A stretch of DNA of 64,000 nt from Spirochaetia bacterium (GTDB lineage: Bacteria; Spirochaetota; Spirochaetia; DSM-2461). The notes below the pieces were generated by a model. The model was not told the origin of the DNA, did not search any database, and was given only the letters and a program-made list of their open reading frames with translations. Shown piece after piece: positions 30,524 through 38,651 of this stretch. Where the stretch lies: contig OY764216.1 in NCBI GenBank assembly GCA_963668315.1, positions 4,992,001 to 5,056,000 of the forward strand, given 5' to 3'. The position numbers and the translations under genes were made by a program. Each line of letters starts with the position of its first letter. Within the stretch, counting starts at the first letter, position 1.

Positions 30524-30994
30524 TTGGATTTATCTGAATATAGTGTTAAAGAATTACTGATACTAATCTCTGATATCATGAAAGAGCTGATCTCAAGAAG
30601 AATTATTAGAACATTTAATAATCCTGTTGGTGATTATACGGAGTGGCTTGTTTCATCACGGTTAAATTATACGCTTGAAAATAATTCAAAAGCTGGTTTC
30701 GATGCAACTTCCAGTACCGGACAAAGGGTTCAGATAAAGGGAAGAAGAGTCACTCCATGGAATAAATCTCACCAGTTAAGTGCAATCAGAAATCTTGATT
30801 CAAAGGATTTTGATACACTAGCAGCTGTTATTTTTGATGAAGATTACAACGTAATTGAAGCGAAAATGATTCCTCAGGAAATCATTCATGAGTATGCAAA
30901 TTACCGAGAGCATGTTAATGCACATATTTTAATCTTACAAGGTGATATTCTCAACGACAATCGAGTAAAAGATATCAAAAAGGATTTGATATAG
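30524..30994 (+). CDS. Cassette 8: small PD-(D/E)XK-like nuclease-fold protein
   Basis: NNPVGDYTEWLV...GFDAT...RVQIKGRR gives an E...D...QxK pattern. Confidence 0.6.
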   Translation: MDLSEYSVKELLILISDIMKELISRRIIRTFNNPVGDYTEWLVSSRLNYTLENNSKAGFDATSSTGQRVQIKGRRVTPWNKSHQLSAIRNLDSKDFDTLAAVIFDEDYNVIEAKMIPQEIIHEYANYREHVNAHILILQGDILNDNRVKDIKKDLI

Positions 30995-31057
30995 ATCGTG
31001 TTTAAAAGTACATCCTTGTACTTTTAAAGAACCTATACGCTGTCGCCAAATAACAAC

Positions 31058-31201
31058 GGGTAACAGCGAATTATGCGGTTTCGCTTCGCTCCACCAAAAT
31101 TGCCTTTGACAAATACCCGTTCAATTATGATATAATTGAACAGCCATTTATCAACCCCGGTGGGGTACCAGGCAACTTCGCATATTCGCGAAACGTTATA
31201 T
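31058..31201 (+). repeat. attC-like site 8
   Basis: GGGTAACAGCGAATTATGCGG...ACTTCGCATATTCGCGAAACGTTATAT. Confidence 0.88.
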
Positions 31202-31215
31202 TCAATAGCCAATTC

Positions 31216-32031
31216 ATGAAAATCTTTTTTAAATTTGGAGAAAATCCTTTGAAAGATTATGGGGAATCAAAACAATTACAGTTTCTCAACAAAACTTACA
31301 GTTTTATAAAAGACTGTATTGGAGAATCTCCAGCAGATGTTTTTATTCTAGACAATAGAAAGACATCTGAAAAATTGTTCCTTAAAATCAGCTCTAAAGA
31401 TTTTTCCTTCACTACATATTCTGTTGAACGGGAAATGCTTGTCTTGAAATGGCTAGCAGACAAAACGGATGTACCAACTGTTGTAGACTATTTTGAAAAT
31501 GAGGATTATCAATTTCTTCTGATGAAAAGCATTATTGGATTGCCAATTCTGGACACCGCACCTTCTGGAAATACTATCGTTGATTCTTTTGTCAATGGAA
31601 TAAAGACCTTTCAATCCATCAATGTTGATGATTGCCCTTTTGATAGTTCTATGAAAAAACGATTAAAGGAACTGAAATACCTGGTTAATAAAAATTTGGC
31701 AGCATTTGATGACTTTTATGAAAGTGAGTTGCCATTTGATTCCCCTGAGGATTTAATCAGTTATTTAGAAAATAATATGCATCCAGAGGAAATTGTTTTT
31801 TCCCATGGAGATTTTCAAGAAAGTAATATTTTCATCTCTAAGAAATTAGGTTTCATAGATTGGGGGCGTGGGGGAAAGGCTGATAAATGGTGTGATATTG
31901 CTCATGCTTATCAAAACATTAAAGAGCAATTGGAAGATCAGAAATATATAAACCGATTCTTTGAAAAACTAGAATTAGAACCTGATTGGGACAAGATAAA
32001 TTTCCATTTATGGCTCGATGAATTGTTCTGA
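31216..32031 (+). CDS. Cassette 9: aminoglycoside 3'-phosphotransferase, APH(3')-like
   Basis: GESPADVF, LFLKIS, YSVERE, CPFD, FSHGDFQESNIF, GFIDWGRGGKADKWCDIA and C-terminal LDELF, as in APH(3')-III-type enzymes. The true start may be TTG at 31249. Confidence 0.85.
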   Translation: MKIFFKFGENPLKDYGESKQLQFLNKTYSFIKDCIGESPADVFILDNRKTSEKLFLKISSKDFSFTTYSVEREMLVLKWLADKTDVPTVVDYFENEDYQFLLMKSIIGLPILDTAPSGNTIVDSFVNGIKTFQSINVDDCPFDSSMKKRLKELKYLVNKNLAAFDDFYESELPFDSPEDLISYLENNMHPEEIVFSHGDFQESNIFISKKLGFIDWGRGGKADKWCDIAHAYQNIKEQLEDQKYINRFFEKLELEPDWDKINFHLWLDELF

Positions 32032-32055
32032 CACCGTTCATGAATTGGCTACTGA

Positions 32056-32201
32056 ATATAACAGCCAATATACGGCTCCGCTTCGCTCCGGCCCAAATTA
32101 ACCCTTTGACCAATTCTGAAAAAAGTATGATATACTTTTCCCGAAATTGCTCAACCCCACAAGGGGCCGGGTTTACTTCGTATATTGGCGAAACGTTAGC
32201 A
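32056..32201 (+). repeat. attC-like site 9
   Basis: ATATAACAGCCAATATACG...CGTATATTGGCGAAACGTTAGCA. Confidence 0.88.
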
Positions 32202-32269
32202 AAATTTTTGTTTTCGGCTTCGTTATCGGTTTTCTGACCATCCGTGGTCAGAAAAAATGAAGGAGTAAC

Positions 32270-33055
32270 ATGGAAATTCAACATCTTGAGAAATACTATA
32301 ATAATATTGATGAGGATGGAAGGCTCCTTTCAAAATATGGTTCAGTCGAATTTTTAACCACTATGAAATATATTCAAAAATATCTTACGCAGGATATGAA
32401 GATTTTGGATATTGGGGCTGGAACAGGTATTTACAGCCTGGCTTTAGCTGATAAGTGTCATCATGTTGATGCCGTAGAGCTGATACAGAAAAATATTGAC
32501 ATATTCAAATTAAAAATAGAAAAGCATAAGAATATTACAGTGCAAAAAGGAAACGCTCTAGATTTGAGTTTTCTGGAAGATAATTTCTATGATATTACGT
32601 TGTTATTTGGCCCTATGTACCATCTTTATACAGAAGAGCATAAACTCAAAGCTCTTTCAGAAGCAATAAGGGTAACAAAACCAAAAGGCTATATTCTAAT
32701 AGCATACTGTATGTCGGATGCAACTATTTTAAATTATGGGTTTGTAAAGAAAAATATTGTGGATCTTATTGAAAAAGAGATGTTAGATACGGAGGAATTT
32801 AAGCCCCGGTCAGAACCGATAGATCTATTTGAACTTCATAGAAAGGAAGATATAGACCGCCTAAATAATAAATTTAATGTAAAAAGATTAAACTATGTAG
32901 CTACAGATGGTTTTACAAATCATTTTAGAGAAACCGTGAATAATATGAGTGACAAAGAATTTGAGATTTATATGAAATACCATTTTTTCACGTGTGAACG
33001 AGAAGATATGCAAGGAATAACTCATCATAGTCTGGATATATTACAAAAACAATAA
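32270..33055 (+). CDS. Cassette 10: class I SAM-dependent methyltransferase
   Basis: ILDIGAGTG, GNALDL, GPMYHL. Confidence 0.88.
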   Translation: MEIQHLEKYYNNIDEDGRLLSKYGSVEFLTTMKYIQKYLTQDMKILDIGAGTGIYSLALADKCHHVDAVELIQKNIDIFKLKIEKHKNITVQKGNALDLSFLEDNFYDITLLFGPMYHLYTEEHKLKALSEAIRVTKPKGYILIAYCMSDATILNYGFVKKNIVDLIEKEMLDTEEFKPRSEPIDLFELHRKEDIDRLNNKFNVKRLNYVATDGFTNHFRETVNNMSDKEFEIYMKYHFFTCEREDMQGITHHSLDILQKQ

Positions 33056-33125
33056 AAGAATGAGGAAATACTATACATCCCTGTATAGTATTATCTTCTA
33101 TCAGAAAATCCGAAAACAAAACTTC

Positions 33126-33326
33126 AGCTAACAGCGTTTATATGCTCCGCTACGCTCCGGGCTTCGCCAAATTTAAATCAAAAAGAATTATTTTAAAAAA
33201 AGAACAACAATTACGCTATAATAGATTCTATACAACAAGGATTTGCTACGGATTTGCCTATGTCACATTTCTTGTTTTCACAAGAAATTCGCCAATTACG
33301 GCAAACCGCAGAAATCGTCGTTCTAA
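33126..33326 (+). repeat. attC-like site 10 (long type, ends at the inner GTT)
   Basis: Left arm matches site 6; the sequence diverges right after the inner CGTT at 33319-33322. Confidence 0.75.
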
Positions 33327-33346
33327 AGACAAAGAAGGGGGGGGGA

Positions 33347-33871
33347 ATGAGACTAGTTATACGATTAGCCACAAAAGAAGATTCATCAAGTATTCTTAGA
33401 GTAATTAATCAATCATATAATCCATATAAAAACTTAATACCAGCTAATTGTGGATTTGTAACTTCTATAGAAGAAATAATCAAAATTATGAAAGATGAGA
33501 GCTCCTCATGTTGGGTAGCTGAAAATAATGATAGTGTTATTGGTGTTGCTACTGGAATTACAATTGCTCCAAGAGCATATCATCTTAAGCTTTTATTTAT
33601 CGCAGAACATGCGCAACGCAAAGGTATAGCTTCGAACTTATTATCAACTTATGAAAATTCAGGCAAAAAAAAAGGGTATAAATTATTAACTACCAATTAT
33701 CAGAAATGGGCTCCATGGTCAAGAAACTTCTATCTTAAGCAAGGATATAAGGAATATATTGAGGGGGATGAATTAGATTTTCCAGATTTGCATGAAACGA
33801 TTTCTTTTTATAGAAGGATTGGTAAGTTAAATAATGATCGAAAATGTTTTATATGGAAAAAGACATGCTAA
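33347..33871 (+). CDS. Cassette 11: GNAT-family acetyltransferase
   Basis: IRLAT, AQRKGIASNLL acetyl-CoA motif A, FYLKQGY. Confidence 0.85.
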   Translation: MRLVIRLATKEDSSSILRVINQSYNPYKNLIPANCGFVTSIEEIIKIMKDESSSCWVAENNDSVIGVATGITIAPRAYHLKLLFIAEHAQRKGIASNLLSTYENSGKKKGYKLLTTNYQKWAPWSRNFYLKQGYKEYIEGDELDFPDLHETISFYRRIGKLNNDRKCFIWKKTC

Positions 33872-33944
33872 GGTTACGGGTAAGGAGCACTAAATGCCAT
33901 CCGTGGCATTTACTGGACATACAGACAATAGGAATGGGCACTAA

Positions 33945-34090
33945 ACATAACAGCAAATGATGCGGTTATGGCTTTGCCTTCACCCAAATTGCCTTTGACA
34001 AATCCAAGAAAAAGCACGTATACTTTTCCTTAGATTTATCAACCCCTAAAGGGGTACCAGGCAACTTCGCATATTTGCAAAACGTTAAAT
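33945..34090 (+). repeat. attC-like site 11
   Basis: ACATAACAGCAAATGATGCGG...ACTTCGCATATTTGCAAAACGTTAAAT. Confidence 0.88.
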
Positions 34091-34093
34091 GAA

Positions 34094-34585
34094 ATGTTTT
34101 GGGAGAAGATTTTTTTACAAGGAATTATTTTGAAACAACCAAGAATTGTAACTGTTTGCGGAGCTTTAGTTATTAACAATAATCAAGTTCTCATAATTCA
34201 GGAAGCTAATAAAAAGGCTTTTGGGAAATTTAATATTCCTGGAGGTCATGTTGATTTAGATGAAGATCTGAAGGAAACGGCTATCCGAGAAGTTAAAGAA
34301 GAGACGGGAATTCCCATCATTGTTGAAGATTTTCTTGGAGTCTATACTCATCAAGCACAAGATAAATCAACAATCATCAAAATAATATTTGTTGGAAAAC
34401 CCTGTGATTTTGAAATCAATTTTCCTAAGGATGAGATACTAAACGCTACTTGGATGAACATTGATGATTTTCTGAAAATCGAAGCTGATAAGTTACGTTC
34501 ACAAGATTTATTTTCAATAATTACAGATTATAGAAACAAGAATCAATGTAATTTATCATTAGTGAAAGATATTGTTAGAGTATAA
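34094..34585 (+). CDS. Cassette 12: NUDIX hydrolase
   Basis: Nudix box GGHVDLDEDLKETAIREVKEETG. The true start may be TTG near 34130. Confidence 0.9.
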   Translation: MFWEKIFLQGIILKQPRIVTVCGALVINNNQVLIIQEANKKAFGKFNIPGGHVDLDEDLKETAIREVKEETGIPIIVEDFLGVYTHQAQDKSTIIKIIFVGKPCDFEINFPKDEILNATWMNIDDFLKIEADKLRSQDLFSIITDYRNKNQCNLSLVKDIVRV

Positions 34586-34617
34586 TTTTATTCTGACCCA
34601 TTCTCCCAAAACACTTC

Positions 34618-34761
34618 ATCTAACAGCAAATGATGCGGTTACGCTTCGCTTCACCCAAATTGCCTTTGACAAATCCAGAAAAAAGTATGATATACTTTTC
34701 CCTGTATTTATCAACCCCTGCGGGGTACAAGGCAACTTCATATATTCGCGAAACGTTAAAT
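34618..34761 (+). repeat. attC-like site 12
   Basis: ATCTAACAGCAAATGATGCGG...ACTTCATATATTCGCGAAACGTTAAAT. Confidence 0.88.
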
Positions 34762-34818
34762 ATAATTCAGGTTAGATGGATACTTGATTCAGCCATCCGT
34801 GGCCTCGAAGGAGAATGC

Positions 34819-35648
34819 ATGAGCAAAGATCACACTCCTATTTTAAGAAATTACAGGAATAATTGGTACAATGAAGATTATCTCTTGATTTAATTGCAAA
34901 AAGAATTGATCTTTATTCATGTGTAGACATTTTAGATGTTGGCTGTGGTGAATTTCATTGGACCCTATTACTTGCAAAATACTTTCCAGATAATTTTCAT
35001 TTAGTAGGTATTGATTTGAATGAGATAACTTTCTCAAAACTCACAGATATTAAAGAATTATATCCCAATTGGAATTTTATAAAAGGTGATATTAAGAGAT
35101 TGCCTTTTGAGGATAATTCATTTGATCTTGTTACATGTCAGACATTACTTATCCATCTAGACTCTCCGATTTTAGCTGTAAAAGAGATGTTCAGAGTACT
35201 AAAGCCAGGCGGAAAAGTACTCATTTCAGAACCTAATAATTTTTCTCAATCGACATTTAGAAATAGCTGGAATATAGATCATAGTACCCAGAAAAGATTG
35301 GATAGTATAACTGAAAAATTGAAAAGTGATGAGAAGAAAAAGAAAAATGGCCATGGTGATAATTCAATAGGAGAAATTGTTCCCATTCATCTCAGAAAAA
35401 ACGGTTTCTCAGAAATTAGAACCTATATGAATGATAAGGTTACCTCTCTTGTTCCTCCATATTCAACAATAGAAGAACAACAAAAAATTGATATGCTAAC
35501 TCATTTCTCAGAAAACTATCCATTTGAAATGTCAGAACAAGATAAAGAAGAATTAAATGATGAAATCCAAATGATCAGTCGAGAAGAGTATATTGCATAT
35601 AATCCAACAATGTTATTCCTGACTATGGGAGTCAAACCTCAGATATAA
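34819..35648 (+). pseudogene. Cassette 13: frameshifted SAM-dependent methyltransferase
   Basis: The frame from ATG 34819 (after AAGGAG) stops at 34893. The other frame continues ...ILDVGCGEFHW...GDIKRLPFEDNSFDLV. Consistent with a +2 (CT) duplication near 34883. Confidence 0.75.
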
Positions 35649-35700
35649 AAGTACGTCCTTGTACTTTTATTCAATCTTTTCCGTAATAACCTGGAACTAC

Positions 35701-35893
35701 ATTTAACAGCGAATGATATGCTCCACTTCGTTTCGGGCTTCGCCAAATTTCTATCAAAAAGAATTAGTTCCGAAATAGAGAATTTGTATGCTACAATGAA
35801 CAACAATATAACCAAGATTTGCTACTGTCACATTTCTTGTTTTCACAAGAAATCCGCCAGCTTCACGGTCTGCAGCAGAAATCGACGTTATCT
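35701..35893 (+). repeat. attC-like site 13 (long type, ends at the inner GTT)
   Basis: ATTTAACAGCGAATGATATG...AATATAAC...GAAATCGACGTTATCT. Confidence 0.75.
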
Positions 35894-35923
35894 TGACTAA
35901 ATATTTTTGAGGAGAAAATAAAA

Positions 35924-36319
35924 ATGTTAGGATTAACTTTATATATAGAAAATTCTAATGAAGCTTTAGATTTTTATTGTAATGCCTTCAAATTGGAATT
36001 GGGATATAATGTTAAAAATGATAATGGAACATATTTACATGCTGAACTTTTTAGACAAGGTTTTGGTGGTTTTGCAATAAGTGAATCAGATGATAAAATA
36101 ATTCAAAATGCAATGCTTGCAGCTAAACAGCCAACAATAAGTTTAGGGATGAATTTTGAAAGCAATGATGAATTAGATCATGCTTATGAAGTACTAGGAG
36201 AAGAAGGTCATATCCTACGTCCAATTGGTTCTCTTCCTTGGTCTCCATATTCAGCAGATGTTGTAGATAAGTTTGGGGTTTGTTGGTATTTATATGTAAC
36301 TCAGCATAAACCTGAATAA
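35924..36319 (+). CDS. Cassette 14: VOC/PhnB-family protein
   Basis: EALDFYCNAF, HAEL, PWSPYSADVVDKFGVCW. Confidence 0.85.
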   Translation: MLGLTLYIENSNEALDFYCNAFKLELGYNVKNDNGTYLHAELFRQGFGGFAISESDDKIIQNAMLAAKQPTISLGMNFESNDELDHAYEVLGEEGHILRPIGSLPWSPYSADVVDKFGVCWYLYVTQHKPE

Positions 36320-36382
36320 TATTTGTTTCTTAACCATTCGGCTCAATGCCTCATTAAAGGCTTTTTCAGGGCGTTTACTGCC

Positions 36383-36501
36383 TTATAATAGCAAGTGAAT
36401 ATTTGATCCGAAATGTTCAATCCTTCAACTGTAGTCGTTCGGCATCCGTGCCTCACTACTTGGTAAATCCCGACGCATACTACTTATAACAGACGATATA
36501 T
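36383..36501 (+). repeat. Degenerate attC-like site 14
   Basis: TTATAATAGC...AGACGATATAT with the core mutated GTT to GAT. The downstream GATATATGTAATGATTTTTTG still complements the end of cassette 15. Confidence 0.55.
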
Positions 36502-36536
36502 GTAATGATTTTTTGAGATTTATACAGGAGGGACAT

Positions 36537-36905
36537 ATGCCTGATTTTGATACAATTGACGATTATATCAATTCCCAACCAGAGGGTACAAAAGAAGCTC
36601 TATTTAAATTGAAGGATTGTATACTCAAAGCTGCTCCTGATGCAAAAGAATTATTCAATTATAGTATTCCTGCATTTGCTTTAGTAGAAAATGGGAAAAG
36701 AGAACAACAGATAATGATCGCAGGATACAAAAAGCATGTTGGGTTTTATCCACATCCAACAACTATTGAAAAATTCGCTAATAAATTAACTATATATAAA
36801 CAAGGTAAAGGATCTATTCAATTTCCAATAAACAAACCAATTCCTTGTGAACTGGTAATTGAAATGGTTAAGTATAGAAGAATGCGTGTTAAGGCTGGTA
36901 AATAA
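36537..36905 (+). CDS. Cassette 15: DUF1801/YdhG-like protein
   Basis: TIDDYI, NYSIPAF, AGYKKHVGFYP, KGSIQFP. ATG after GGAGG. Confidence 0.82.
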   Translation: MPDFDTIDDYINSQPEGTKEALFKLKDCILKAAPDAKELFNYSIPAFALVENGKREQQIMIAGYKKHVGFYPHPTTIEKFANKLTIYKQGKGSIQFPINKPIPCELVIEMVKYRRMRVKAGK

Positions 36906-36933
36906 ATGACGCAAAAAGTCACTACATATAACA

Positions 36934-38503
36934 CATATTAGGACCCCATCTGTCAAGGACAAATTTTCCCCTGTTCTATCTAGGTAGAACATTTTTATAT
37001 GAAGATGAACCGGACCGATAAAGAATGAAGCATTCTGTCTTGTTTCTCAAACGGGCTGCAGAAAAGATCTGCTCCAAACACACATAGACACTTTAACTCC
37101 GTAATTTTACGGCATTATAGAAATACATCCGTACCCAATCCTGTCATAATCAATGAAAACGGATTTCTTGGGGAATCCAGTTATTTTCGTGATCAGGCTG
37201 GTGCAGAATTCTTCCAGACTTTCTCAATCCTGGTTATTTAAAACAGGTCGAAGCAGATATCCAATCAGCGAACGCATAATTCTTCTTTCAAATGATAAAT
37301 ACGAATGATAGTCATGCTATAAAAAGCCGTATTTACGGTCATTATCTTTTTATGATTATAGTTATACGTTAGGCTTATCTGCTCCACCTGTTATGAACAA
37401 AAACGGTCTATATCAAAGGCTTTCCTCCTTTTGAGAACATAATATACAGCTCTGGCTAATTTATGGGCCATGATGGAATAGGCTTTCCCGTTTCCAAACT
37501 TTTGCACTAATCTCTGATGATATGATTTTATCTCCGGGCAATAGCGGATGAACATGACGGCCGCTTCGGAGAAAGCCCACTTGAGATTAGCATTGCCGAT
37601 TTTGGTATTTTTGGATGCATACTGCTTTCCTCCCGATTCCCTCTGACACTTGACTACGCGGCAATAGGAAACGAAGTTCTGTACACGAGGAAAACGGTTA
37701 ATGTCTTCAATTTCATAGAGAATAGTCAGGGCAAGCACATCACCTATCCCGGGAATAGATTTCAACAAAGAAAATGCTAGAGGATCAGAATGATTTGCTG
37801 CCTTCAAAACACGAGATTCTATCTTCCGGATCTGTTCGGTTAACGCATCAACGACGGCTATGTCGACTTCCATATTCATTTTGACCGCCGGATCATCAAA
37901 CCGTTCGAGTAATTCAGTCTTCGAAGCAATCGTAAGAGAATTGATCCCCTTCTTTATGGTATCGAAATTGTATTGGGTATTGGTATTCTGGATATGAGAA
38001 AGAAGATCTGATCTCCTGCGAACAAGATATATTCGCCGTCTGAAGAGGTCTCGAATAGCTCTGGTTTTCTGTGGGTAGACATAGGCTTGAGGGATCAGGC
38101 CACCTTTTAGCAATGCCGCTATCTTCTGGGAATCGATTTTATCGTTCTTGGTTTTTCCTCCGCTTATAGCCTTCATGTAGAGGGCGTGGCCAAGGACAAA
38201 GGGAATACTGTTTAGCTGGCAGTAATCGGCAATCCAGTACCATGTGAAAATACACTCGACACAGATGACGATATCATTAAGAAAGGGGGCGATCGCTTGT
38301 TGAAGGTGAACCGGATCAGCGATCATGTTTTTATGATAGACGATTTCGCCATCCTGGTTCATAATGCAGATATACATCTTTTTCGTGTGGAGATCGATTC
38401 CGCAGTAAAAGTTGTGTTGTTGGGTATAAAATTTCATAAGGGCTCCTTTGGTTAAGGTTGTTGGAAATTTTAACATAACCACTAGGGGTCCTTATGATTA
38501 TCA
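36934..38503 (-). mobile_element. IS110/IS1111-family element, copy 4
   Basis: Same ends and same transposase as copy 1, with independent flanks. Confidence 0.92.
37391..38437 (-). CDS. IS110-family transposase
   Basis: Protein identical to copy 1. Confidence 0.93.
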   Translation of the reverse strand: MKFYTQQHNFYCGIDLHTKKMYICIMNQDGEIVYHKNMIADPVHLQQAIAPFLNDIVICVECIFTWYWIADYCQLNSIPFVLGHALYMKAISGGKTKNDKIDSQKIAALLKGGLIPQAYVYPQKTRAIRDLFRRRIYLVRRRSDLLSHIQNTNTQYNFDTIKKGINSLTIASKTELLERFDDPAVKMNMEVDIAVVDALTEQIRKIESRVLKAANHSDPLAFSLLKSIPGIGDVLALTILYEIEDINRFPRVQNFVSYCRVVKCQRESGGKQYASKNTKIGNANLKWAFSEAAVMFIRYCPEIKSYHQRLVQKFGNGKAYSIMAHKLARAVYYVLKRRKAFDIDRFCS

Positions 38504-38651
38504 GCGAATATGCGGTTCCGCTGCGCTTCACCAAAATTGCCCGTTGGGCAACTTCACCTATTCGCGAAACGTTATCGGCAATAAGCGCCAAAGCATTTAT
38601 TATTCAAAGGAAAATCCGGCGTTCTGCCGGATAAAATGGAGGAAATTAAAA

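Larger units (their letters stand above)
36926..38577 (+). repeat. attC-like site 15 (short type), split by IS110 copy 4
   Basis: ATATAACA | IS | GCGAATATGCGG...TATTCGCGAAACGTTATCG. Confidence 0.85.

Noticed and set aside
33337..33345. G9 tract before the GNAT start as a phase-variation switch
   Set aside because: It lies outside the likely CDS and serves as the RBS; there is no evidence of length variation from one sequence.
30294..35900. Small ORFs with LRFAPAQI/LRFTQIAFDK-like peptides (30294, 32040, 33142, 34572, 35718)
   Set aside because: These are translations of the attC repeats, with no RBS or independent coding evidence.
20047..38577. CRISPR array interpretation of the recurring palindromes
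   Set aside because: The units are roughly 80-260 bp, divergent, and separated by whole genes; there are no cas genes.
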